Shown: positions 1 to 11,930 of the stretch, piece after piece | Layout: the number at the start of each line of letters is the position of its first letter | How positions within the stretch are numbered: position 1 is the stretch's first letter | From: the human T2T-CHM13v2.0 reference genome, Homo sapiens | Length of the DNA: 64,000 bases | Reading direction: 5' to 3' (one strand) | Assembly: GCF_009914755.1 (NCBI RefSeq) | Contig: NC_060928.1 | Notes under the pieces: model-generated | Seen by the model: only the letters and a program-made list of their open reading frames with translations | What the model was told of the DNA's origin: nothing | Databases searched by the model: none | Program-made: the position numbers and the translations under genes

Positions 1-204
1 CATCACAAAGGAACTGAAGAGGCCAGGCTCCTTCCCCTGCCTATGGCTCCACCCTGTTCCCCCAGTGCACACCTGAGCATGCTCAGACAAGGCCCTGGGC
101 AGGTTCCCTTGTCTGTACAAATGCATCTGATGTAAACACTTGTGGAGCATGTCTGAGTTTCTCTGGAGATCCCCTTTTATCTGCTTAGGCATTTGACTAT
201 CTCA
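1..204 (-). mobile_element. ERV1 LTR, MER61-like, cut by the window edge
   Basis: Reverse complement begins TGAGATAGTCAAATGCCTAAGCAGATAAAAGGGG...CCACAAGTGTTTACATCAGATGC, matching the recalled MER61 LTR 5' end. Confidence 0.65.
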
Positions 205-1058
<854 letters not shown>

Positions 1059-2189
1059 TTAAAAATATCAATTGGTTACTTAAATCATATTTCTTATTCC
1101 ACCCTTATGACGTTCTAATTTAGTTAGTTTAGAAAGTACAAAGTTACTAAAGTAGTGTCCTGTAAATATATACAGGAGAAGGAAGTCAAATACAAATTGT
1201 ATCTTTATAAATATATTTCAATCAAGAACATTAGGACTATTACTTTTAAATATTTTTAATTTTTAAATTTTTTTCTGATCCATCTGGATATATTTGACAT
1301 TAATACAATTGTGAGGTTGATTCAATAGCTGCAATGTTAAATAAAATAGACATTGAATGTATATCACTTTCCCAAAGATTTTAGAGATTTGATTAGGTTA
1401 AAAAACCTCATCAGATATTACATCAAGTATCTTAAGTTAAATCTGAAAAGAAATATTCCATAAAAATTCAAGACAATAATCTTGAAATATGTTTTATTTT
1501 ACTGCAATTTATCAGTAACACATTTGCAGAACTTATTTTTTTTTTAAGTTTACTTATTCTGTTTTCAGTCAAGTTACTTAAATTTTTACAGTAGCTCTTT
1601 ATCTGAGCATAGGGAAATGTGGGTCAGGTTTAAAAGGAGGCAGCAGTATTTTCCATTAGCATCTCATTAAAATACTCTTTCCAAAAGCAGTACTTTAATG
1701 ATAATGGGAATCAAGTACCTTGGATTACTATTAAATTTTAAAATAATTGTTAGAGATTTCTTTCTGTGGATATTGTTAATATTTTAAATTTACTAAAAAA
1801 TTGAAAACAGAGATATCAGTATATTATGAAAGTCATGCATAAAGATTTTAATGTTATTTGACCTTCATATGAAGATTAAATATTCATGTAAAATTTCATC
1901 TGATAACTTTAATTTCAAGTAATAATCTCACTATACTCTACATTGAAAAAATAAGAGAACAAAAAAAAAGAAAGGAAAAGTAACTCTTTTATGTAACTCT
2001 CAGTATGTTCTCCATAAATATGAAACAAAAATACTTATTCTGCCTTATATTTAGCATTGAAAATGAGGAAAAAGGATGAAGAATTGTATATTCAAGTGTA
2101 TACCAAAATGTAGAAAGCTGTGAAATTTAAATGTCTGGAGAATGGAAAATTTCTTCCAGTTGGGAAAGGGGGAAGCATGACTACAACTA

Positions 2190-2500
2190 GAATGGTCAAA
2201 TTCCTAGGTTAGCCAAATGTCTATACAATGAAGCCACCACGGGCATGTACGATATATGCCTATGTGTTGTCGGTGGTAGGGACTGTACAGTTCATGCCTC
2301 CCATTGAGATTACAGAGGAAACTAGTACTCAGGCCCAGCCAATTGTTTACATTTGAAAATGCATATTCAATGTAGAGAGAATCTCTGAATTTCTAAGGTA
2401 ATTCAGGTATCTTAATTAGACATAATCCCCGAATTATTAAATGTTACTTAAAAATTAGATTCAATTTTTTTTTTTTTAAAAGGACTCAATGGGAAGTCAG
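2190..2500 (-). mobile_element. hAT-Charlie DNA transposon relic, MER102-like
   Basis: GGTGGTAGGGACTGT...TACTCAGGCCCAGCCAATTGTT...TTAAATGTT resembles the recalled MER102 reverse strand; heavily diverged. Confidence 0.5.
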
Positions 2501-3657
2501 TTAAAAACCTCTGCATAGGAATGCATTTTGGAAAAAAAATGAAGAGAGTATATGTTTATCTCTCCTTCTTTATTAATGATTTGTGATAGGGAGTGGTTGA
2601 GAAAATCAGTTTGCATGAAGTAGTATGAGTTTATATGAGTTTGGAATAGAAATCTTTCCACTTGTATGAAGAATTATCTTACCATCTTCCTACATCAACT
2701 GTAGAAGGTCAAGACTTGAAAACTGAGCTTTGATATCTTGGAGGTAATAGTAAAACGTCATGAGTATGAAAAATGCTGCACATGGAGTGAAGAGCTATTA
2801 ACAGTTACAAAAACAATACCATGTTTTGAAAGAAGTCTAAAAACTCTGTGATTGTATTGCAATTTTACTGCAACTATTTATTATAAAATTAATTTTCATT
2901 AAAATATTGTTGTATTTTTTAAAATTTGATGTTTCTAAAACATGGACCACATTTTCATATGGGAATTTACTATTTTGTGCCTATATTTTACCTCTCAACA
3001 GAACAACATAAGTTTATTACAAAAGAAAGACAATTTTTATTCAACTGCTCTACAAAAGATTATTTGAATAGGTGAATAATTATATAATTATTTCTTCGGA
3101 ATCTTAATTTTCAAGTAAAAATTTTAAGTGAAGTCACTAAGGTTTCACACAAATGTTTTGATGAGCATTAATGGAGAAACAGGGAAGTGTGAGTAGACGC
3201 CCACATTCATACTGCCATTCCAACATGTTCAGTTTGGAAACCACTGGGATGTTTGTTTTTAGTTTGCATCTTATCTCTAGTTTTGTAATTTGTAAATTTT
3301 TCCTTTTAATTATAATCTACATATTTTCCCATTTTTTGAGCATACTTGTTTTTAAAGGAGTATTCAGAGAACAGAAACAACTCTTGGGGAAAAAAACATA
3401 ATTTACTTAAAATTCAATAGAAGAATTGAAAAATGAAATTCTTTCCTCCACAGGAAGCAGCAAAATAAATAAGTTTTGGGTGGTAGAAAAGATAGTTCCT
3501 TGCTGGAAGTCAATAAATGATACTAAAATTGCAAAACCAAAAAAGCGCCATTATGAGACATCATTTAGTATTATTTAGCTAAACAGTAGTATTATTTAGC
3601 TAATAATCTGATAAAAATTTTGTGATAGTTTCTTCTGGGAGGTGGAAATAAATCAGG

Positions 3658-3660
<3 letters not shown>

Positions 3661-3703
<43 letters not shown>
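3661..3703. repeat. (TG)21 microsatellite
   Basis: Uninterrupted TG run. Confidence 0.98.
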
Positions 3704-3704
<1 letters not shown>

Positions 3705-3752
3705 CTTAAGAGTCCATGTAGAAATTATTTAACTGAGAAACATTGTATTATA

Positions 3753-3873
3753 TTTTTTGAGACAGAGTCTTGCTATGTTGCCCAGGCTGATCTCAAACTT
3801 CTGGATTCAAATAATTCTCCCACTGCAGCCTCCCAGGTAGTGGCGATTACAGGCCTGTGCTACTGCACCTGGC
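3753..3873 (-). mobile_element. FLAM (free left Alu monomer)
   Basis: Single about 120-bp monomer TTTTGAGACAGAGTCTTGCTATGTTGCCCAGGCTGATCTCAAAC...GATTACAGGC...CACCTGGC. Confidence 0.85.
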
Positions 3874-4002
3874 AAATTCAAGAACATTCTTAAACTAGAC
3901 CCACAGAAATAAACACAAACAAACACTATTCTGAATTGTACAGAAGGCAGCAAAAAACAAACTTGCCATCATGGATCTTACATTCTAGGGAAAAAAGACA
4001 AA

Positions 4003-4098
4003 TCATATATATACACATATATATATACAAAATCATATATACATACATATAAATCATATATATACACATATATTTACATATATATATATATATATATG
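4003..4098. repeat. Degenerate (TA)n/(TATACA)n repeat
   Basis: Imperfect ATATATACACATAT / AATCATATAT units ending in a TA run. Confidence 0.9.
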
Positions 4099-5864
4099 TA
4101 AAATACATTGTATTTTAGTGAAGGTAAGTAGAAAGAATGAAACAAAGCCGAGGTGGAGGAAAGATATAGGCCAAGACTACAGTCAAGAAGTTTGTGATTT
4201 TCTGCAGTAGTTTCTAGCATTATCAGAACTGCCCCTCATATATTGTTTATTTCTATCTGTATGTATATTTCTGGGCTACTAATGTGATCTTTACCTGGTG
4301 TGTATTTCCTTTGTATAATTGCTTTTGTTTCTTCAAGTAGGGCTTACTCAGTGCTTTGGACATGTGTTCCTTTTCCATTTTTAATACTTCATGGAATAAT
4401 AGTTTTAATTTCTGCAGCTAAATATGTACTATTTCCCATATTTACCCATTCAGATTTTTAAGGCCATTATTCAAAATGTCCCTGCTGGTCATCCTTTTGG
4501 CAAAGTTTAAACCAGGCCTATTCAAGCTGTCGGAGAAGGGGTGGGCATGACAACATGATATTCATGTAGAGTTCCAGATAAAAATGTGTTGAAAGCAGAA
4601 AATCTTAGGTTTGGGGTATAACCCATGCCTTCATCGAAGGATAAATTTATATATTTATCTGTATCTGGGTTCTGATTTTTGTCATTAAAAAGTAAAACCA
4701 TTTTTAAATATAATCTCTGTATTACCACTTATTAATTTTTTAAATTAAAATTGATTTCCTCTACTCTTGCTCTTTGTTTTTTTTTTCCAATTTCTCTCTC
4801 TGTTTCTCTTTCATCAATCTATTATTTCTTTTTTGCTTTTTGATCATTTTTATTTGATGAATTTTATCTTAAAAAGGCATAATGCTACAAAATTACTTGT
4901 CAGATTACTGAACACAGCATTCCTCAAAATTCTTAGTACTCTCTCACTTAGTAAGTGCTCATGGTATGTTATAAAATGAATATTCTAGAATCTGGGATAG
5001 ATAGAGAAAGATTTTTTATTTTTATTTTTGAGAAAGCTTTTATGAAAGCAGTCTATCCTAATTACTTAACAATTGTTGATAAATCTTATTATTTCACCCC
5101 ATTTTTGTGGTTATAATAATCTTTTTCTTTAAAACAAGGTTCAATAACAATCAACTAGCAAGAGTGTGGACTTTGTCTTGCCAGGGTAAATCATGGTGAG
5201 TTCATCATAAATGCTACCAGTTTTCCCCTCAATTTTTCCAGAAAGTATTTCAACTACTTTAAATGTATTTTATGAAAACATATTTTTATAGCTACATTGT
5301 GTTAGAAATGAACCAATTTTATGTAAATGAACATTCTGCATTCTGCAGATAAAACATGCTAATTTTAACAATTTCAGACATCTGTGACAGAATTTCTAAA
5401 CTACCCGACTGGATTAAGCTGACAAATGTGAAAAAGTAATAAATGGTTAGTCACCTTTTAATTCTTATATTTACATTAAACTACCACTTCAAAGGGCAAG
5501 GATAATTTTACACTTTTAAAGTTTTAAATAGCTTTTATTTCAACTTAAACAAAATACACCAATATTGAAACACAGTTTTTTTTTTTATGATTTCTATTTT
5601 AAAATATATTGAAGAATATAACTTTGTCCTCCCAAATAACTAGCACTCATACAGCTCTGTGCATATTATTATCTCATAACTCTTTATTTCAAAAATTTTC
5701 TATGTTGAAAATGTGTAAACGTAGGAGCAGATTTGCAATACTATGCATATAAGCTGGCCCCTAAAAATTGTTCTTATTGTACAATGCGTGTTTGCATAAA
5801 ACACACATACTTGAATGGCTAATTATAATGTATGCTCAAGTAATAGAATAATAAGAATATTCAT

Positions 5865-6075
5865 ATTGATATCACCTATTATGTGCCAGGCTTTTTTCTA
5901 AACATTTTGCATACAGGAACTTATTTAATCTTTGACACCACTTAATAAGTTAGGTTCTATTAATATCACACTCATTTTACAGACTAGAAAACTGAGGAAC
6001 AAAGCTTATATAACTTTACCAACGTCATCAACAGCACACATGCCATTCAAAAGCAGACAGTTAGCTTCAAATCTT
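5865..6075 (-). mobile_element. MIR
   Basis: TATGTGCCAGGC...CATTTTACAGACTAGAAAACTGAGG, MIR core in reverse. Confidence 0.8.
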
Positions 6076-6724
6076 ATGGTTCAGATGGTATGGAAACACT
6101 GAAAGAAGTGGTAAAAAGTTTTACATTTTAGTTCAGATCTTACAGTGTATTGCATATTTAAATACTAGAATTATAAATGCTTCGAGTAATTTCTTTTACA
6201 AGTGACATTCCAAGTATCATTATGTACATGCTTTAGGAGAAAATTGTTTCCCTTTAAGAACAACTCTTAAGTTGTATAGTGAAAGTCAATGCCAAAATAG
6301 ATTGAAAATATTTGCCTTTGCTATCACATGGGGTGATTTGTGCCAATTGGTATGCTGAAGCTTAAAAGGAGATTGAGTTCTATCTACAGAAGTTATATTT
6401 CATTAAGTGCAAAATTCTTTCCTTTTCCTCAAAGAATTACCAATATATATCTTAAACCAATGACTAATTTTCCCTTTACAAACTCGTGCACACATGGTTG
6501 CTTGAATAACAACTACATTTCAGACTTTCTAGTTAGTGTTGCAAGAGTGAACAGTTGTAGCATGCTGCTTCCTTACCCCCAGAGTGACCCTGGAGAAACT
6601 GTAGAATTGGCAGGGAAGGTGGCATAGATTTTAGGAAGCGAACATGTAGTCTGTGAGTATCTGACAGCTAAAGGCTGTAGTATCCTGTAGACAGTCATGC
6701 CATCAAACAATAGCTGATTTAGGG

Positions 6725-6980
6725 AAATCCAGGATTTTAAGAGCCAAATAAATACTTGGTATCTTTGAATAACCCCTGGCGGAAGTAATTATATCATGGA
6801 AATTAGGAAACACTACAATGCAGGACTATGTCTTCTTCTCCTTTTCCTTCTTCTCCTTCTCCTCCTCTTCCTCCTTCTCCTTCTTTTTCCTCCTCCTCCT
6901 CTTCTTCTGCTTCTGCTTCTTCTTCATTATTATTATTACTATTTGAGAGCCCATTGTTAAATATTTTCTAGCACTTTACT
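6725..6980. mobile_element. hAT-Blackjack MER63-like element with an internal CT-rich expansion
   Basis: GGAAGTAATTATATCATGGAAATTAGGAAACACTACAA and terminal GAGAGCCCATTGTTAAATATTTTCTAGCACTTTACTG resemble recalled MER63. Confidence 0.5.
6830..6940. repeat. (CTT/CCT)n polypyrimidine tract followed by (ATT)n
   Basis: Direct reading. Confidence 0.9.
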
Positions 6981-7022
6981 GACTAGAGAACTATCTGAAG
7001 CTTCAGGATGAAGATAGGTGGG

Positions 7023-7570
7023 TGTCAATTATTTCTAGCCAAAGACCACCAAGAGCACACCCACAGTTATACAGGTTGGAAAACCTCAGCAAGAGCCAAC
7101 ACACACTATGGAGGACTGAGGGCTTCTCAGCACACGGTGTTAAAATGTAGTTAGTATAAGATTTGAGTTTGTGTTAGATGATGTAGGGCAGAGTGTAAGG
7201 AAGAGTGTGTTGCTCTGGATTGCACATTTTAAAGGAGTGGAGGTTATTATGTGATTGGATACTTTAATATATCATATCTAGAAGGAGAGAAAACTTGGGG
7301 CTAAAGCTAAATTTAGTAAAGCAGTAGCAGTCTCAGAGGTGTCTGAGAGAGGAGAATGTTCAGTGTTCTGTGATCTGGACATGTTCTTGTTTTGTCTGTG
7401 TTCACCCATAATTATGGAGTGATCTTGTTTTTACCTTGATTCATCATAGTCAAGAGTGACCTTATTTGATGTTAATGTTCTATGAAATTATTTATATCAA
7501 CTGGAGAAGAGCAAGGCCTGATAGTTTCAGGTCAGCTGTAGGATGACAGAGGCAGCATTACTCTTTCACA
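7023..7570 (-). mobile_element. Solo ERV1 LTR, MER89-like
   Basis: TG...CA termini; GCCAAAGACCACCAAGAGCACACC, GGCTAAAGCT and TTGTTTTGTCTGTGTTCA...ATTATGGAGTGATCTTG match recalled MER89. Confidence 0.65.
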
Positions 7571-8260
7571 CAGGAGTAAACTGCCTAAGTCTTGTTCCAG
7601 GCTTTCCCCTGTCCCTTGGGAAAATACTTTTCTGCCTTCTCATCACAAAAGTTTAGTAGCAGCAGTGCTAGTCTTTGTTCCAAAGTGGAAATGATATTAG
7701 GTCTGCACAAAAGTCCTCCTGCAATGTGTAGGGACAGTCTGCAAGCTTTTGCTCTCCCAGACCCAGTGACTGATTAAAACTTACAGAGGCTGCCTCTTGA
7801 AAGGCAGCTGCTACTTCTTAAGAGTTTAAAAGAAAAATTTTGTTTAGAAAAATTTCTTGCTTGAGAGCCAGGAAGAATGGGAATGATAAACAATATTTCC
7901 TCCTCAACCACTGAATTAATCTGTGGAGACAGTGAATCGAATTAAGGAGGTAACAGGAACGCCATGGGAACAAATCCAAATTAACCCAACCACAGAGGAA
8001 TATGACTACTGCAAAAAAAAAGGTGACAAACTAAGTGACCAATTTATTCATCCAACAAATATTCATTTAGTTTGTGCTACATTCCAGAAACTCTTTTAGG
8101 TGCCAAGGAATACATAACTCAAATATATTAGCTTTAAACAAAAAGGCAAATATTTATATTCTTCCAGAGCATACATTTTATTAGGGGGAGGAAAACCATA
8201 CATGTAAAATACATACATTTATTTGAGGAGATGGTAGTACTATGGAAAAGTAAAACAGGG

Positions 8261-10176
8261 TGATATAGCTTGGTTATTTGTTCCTCCGTAATCTCATGTT
8301 AAAATTTAATTTCCAATGTTGAAGGTGGGGCCTTGTGGGAAATGCTGTTCTCTTGATAGTGAGTTCTTATGAGACCTGGTTGTTTAAAAGTGTATGGTAC
8401 CCATTCCCCACTCTCTTGCTCCCTCTTTTACCCTGTGATGTGCTTGCTCCCCCTTCACCTTCTGCCATGAATAATGCTCCCTGAAGCCTCCCCAGAAGCT
8501 GAGCCAATGCCAGTGCCATGCTTGTACAGCCTGCAGAACTGTTAGCCAATTAAACCTCTTTTTGTTATAAATTGTCCAGTCTTAGGTATTTCTTTATAGC
8601 AATGCAAGAATAGCGTGATTCAGAAAATTGTTACCAGGAGGAGGGTGGCTGCTTAAATAACTTAACATTGGAACTTATTCTTAAAAGAGAAGTGGAGCAT
8701 AAAAGTTTGGAAAATTTTCAGGCTTGCCATGTGGCAGAGAAAGAAAAAGCATTATTAGAGAGGAATTTAAGTGGGCTACAGAGCAATCACTTGTTAGAAA
8801 GATTTGTATGACTGAAAATGAGTCAGGTACTCATAGTCAAGATAATGGGAAAGAGGCTTTGAAGGCATTTTAGAGATCTTCGAGGCAGCCTCCCAAAACA
8901 GACCCAGAGACCTAGGAGGAGAATGGTTTCAGGGGCCAGGCCTCGAGCTCCATAGCCCTCCTGCCACCTAGAGAGGCTGATCCCTGCATCCCTGCTGCTC
9001 CAGCTATGGCCATGGCTCAAAAGGCCTCAGGAACAGCTCAGGCTGCTCCTCTGGAGGGTGCAAGCCACTGTAAGCCTTGGGGTTTTCCACAAGGTGTTAA
9101 GCCTTGTGGCACACAGAGTGCCAGAATGAAGGAGACTTGGTAGCCTCCACCTAGATTTCAGAGGATGCATAAGAAAGCATAGGTGCCCAGGCAGAAGCAT
9201 GCTGCAGGGGCAGAGCCCTCACAGAGAACCTCTAGGGCAGGGCAGAGGAGAAATGTGGGGTTGAACGTCCTATGCAGAGTCCCCACAGAAGCACGCCCTA
9301 GTGGTGCTGTGGGATGGGGGCCACTGCCCTCCAGACCAAGAATGGTAGAAGCATCAGCAATCTGTATCCTGGCCCTGGAAAAGGCACCCAGGCAAAGCTG
9401 CCCCATGCCTTGGAGCCCATCCTTTGTGGTAATGTGCCCTGGAAGTGGGATTTGGAGTCAAAGGAGATTATTTTGGAGCTTTAAGATATAATGACTTCTC
9501 AGCTGGCTTTTAGGCTTGCATGGGGCCTGTAGCCTCCTTCTTTTGGCTGATTTCTTCCTTTCGGAATGAAAATGTTTACCCAATGACTCTACCTCCATTG
9601 TGGAAGTAAATAATTTGTTTTGATTTTATAGGTGGAAGAAACTCATTTCCAGATGAAACTTTGAATGTGGGACTTTTGAGTGATTTGATGACAGAATTAG
9701 TTAAGACTTTGGAGGACTGTTGGGGAGGCATGATTGTATTTTGCAATGTGAAAACGACATGATACTTGGGAGACCAGGGGCAGAATGATATAGTTTGGGT
9801 ATTTGCCACCCCTAATTCCATGTTGAAATATAATCCCCAGGAGGTGGGGCCTGGTGGGAGGTGTTTGGGTCATGGGGGCAAATCCCTGATAGCTTGGTGC
9901 TGTCCTCTTGATAGTGAGCTCTCATGAGGTCTGGTTGTTTAAAAGTGAGTGGCACCTCCCACCACTCTCTCGCTCAACTCTCACCATGTGACATGCATGA
10001 TCCACCTTCTCCTTCTGCCATGAGTAAAAGCTCCCTGATGCCTCCTCAGAAGCTGAGCAAATGCTGGCACCATGCTTGTACAGCCTGCAGAACCGTTAGT
10101 CAATTACACCTCTTTTCTTTATTAATTACCCAGCCTTGGGTATTTCTTTATAGCAATTCAACAACAGCCTGAAACA
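8261..10176 (+). mobile_element. Two-LTR MaLR element MSTA (5' LTR 8261-8622, internal 8623-9785, 3' LTR 9786-10176)
   Basis: Both LTRs start TGATATAG and share CATGCTTGTACAGCCTGCAGAAC...GGTATTTCTTTATAGCAAT. Purine-rich tract GGAGACCAGGGGCAGAA before the 3' LTR. 5-bp TSD CAGGG/TAGGG. Confidence 0.92.
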
Positions 10177-10380
10177 TAGGGTAAGAAATGTTAGGAGGGT
10201 GGAGTTGCAATTTTAAGTAAAGTGGTCATTTTATGTCACACTCTGAGGGAGACTTTTGAGTAAAAATTTAAATGAAGTGGGTATATAAGCAATACAATTA
10301 TATGGATTAAAATGATTTGATGCATTAGAGAAAGTCAGTGCAAGTGCTGAGGACAAAGTCTGTCTGCCTTCCTTGGTACT

Positions 10381-10793
10381 ATGTTCATTTCCCAGGGAGG
10401 GCTGCTATAACAATGATTAAAACAAAAGAAATCTCTATTCTTTTGTAGTTCTGGAGTGCAGAAATTTGAAATTAGGTGACAGCAAGAGGGATCTTTCTCC
10501 CCAGGTTGCAAGGAGATATTGTCTTTATTGCCTCTTATAGATTCTGGCTATTCTAGCATTTTCTTGTCTTAAGACTGCATTACTCCAGTCTCTGCCTTTA
10601 TCTTCGTATAACTGTTCTATCTTTTATAAGAACATTTGTTATTGGACTTTGGGTCCACCAAGATAATCCAAGATGGTCTCATCTTGAGAGCCTTAGCTAC
10701 ATCTGTGAAGATACTTTGTCTAAATAAGGTCACATTCCCAGTTTCCAGGACTTGGATATATCTTTTTTGGAGGCAACATTTTAACCCACTACA
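10381..10793 (-). mobile_element. MLT1C-like MaLR solo LTR
   Basis: GGGCTGCTATAACAA...AGTTCTGGAG...AAATAAGGTCACATTC...AACCCACTACA. Confidence 0.8.
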
Positions 10794-11429
10794 GGGAGCA
10801 ATTCTTGGTCAGTAGGGATAGACTGATGTAAGCAATGAGAAGGATAGTAGAAAATGAGTTCACAGAAATACAGAGGTTTGCAAGGCCTCATAGGCAGTTG
10901 TGAGAGTTTGGGGGTTTTCTCTGAGATAAATAGGAAAGTGTTTAATTTGAGGACTAAATCAGCCTGATTATATTTTTCTTAGCCTCCCTCAAACAATTAC
11001 ATTGGGGAAAATATTGATGGGATATATGGTAAAAACAGGCATAAGTTCAGAGGCTACTATAGTTATCTTGGTGAGAGATGATGTCTTGATTCAGAGAAAG
11101 TAACAGAAAGATTAGAAAATGGTTAGATTCTGAATTTATTTTAAATATCTGACCTAATTTTTTGAAAAAAAAAGACAAAAATGTCAAGGATGACTACAGC
11201 ATTATATTTGTAAGAAAATAGAAAGTTGGCATTAACAATATTAGAAATGAAGGATGATTGGTGGAGCAAATTCCTTTGAGAAGGGGTGGAGTTAAAGAGG
11301 ATTCAATTAAACAAGAATTTAAAATTATCACAATACATTTGATTATAGAGCTTGAGATATTAATAATTTGGAGAAAAACACAAAATAATTTCAAAAGAAC
11401 CAAAACAAAATATTTGGTATGCAAAATAT

Positions 11430-11930
11430 ACTTGAAATAAATAATGGGGAAAATGGATGGAATAAATTACTGAATGGACATAGCTGAAGAACAAATTACT
11501 CAATGGAAGAAAAGATCAAGCAACTCACCAAAATATCCAAAGGAACGAAAAGAGAAGTAGTAAATAGAAAAGTAAAGTTTAGAGGTTTAAAAACTAAGAA
11601 TCATATAATAAGCCTTTTGATAACATACCATAGAAAGAAAAAAAATTATTTAAAGGAAAAGGAAGACAAAAACAAAAAATAAAAGCCTCAGTTTGAAAGA
11701 CCTCAGAGAAAGCTCAGTGGGAGGAATATGTGAAATCCGAACTAGATCCATTATACTGAAACTTAAGAACAACAAAAACAAGGAATGTATTTCTTAAAAT
11801 AAAGCAAACTTTTAAAAACAAAACTAAACTCCCTTGGAGCAAAAGCATATCATCTGCAAAGTTTAAAGAATCAAATTAGTATTAGACTGCTTAACAGCAT
11901 CACTAGATACATGCAGAAATATGATTTTTT
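11430..11930 (+). mobile_element. Old L1 ORF1-like / HAL1 fragment
   Basis: A-rich sequence with GAATGGACATAGCTGAAGAACAAATT, CCTCAGTTTGAAAG and AAGAATCAAATTAGTATTAGAC, typical of degraded L1M/HAL1 ORF1. Confidence 0.55.

Larger units (their letters stand above)
8044..11340 (-). mobile_element. L2 LINE 3' region split by MSTA and MLT1C insertions
   Basis: L2 3'-end signature TTCATCCAACAAATATT at about 8047. L2-like sequence resumes at 10182-10377 and 10794-11340 (GAGGCTACTATAGTTATCTTGGTGAGAGATGATG, GGTTAGATTCTGAATTTATTTT). Confidence 0.7.

Noticed and set aside
9158-9491. Overlapping 82-102 aa ORFs
   Set aside because: They lie inside the MSTA internal region; decayed MaLR sequence, not a host gene.
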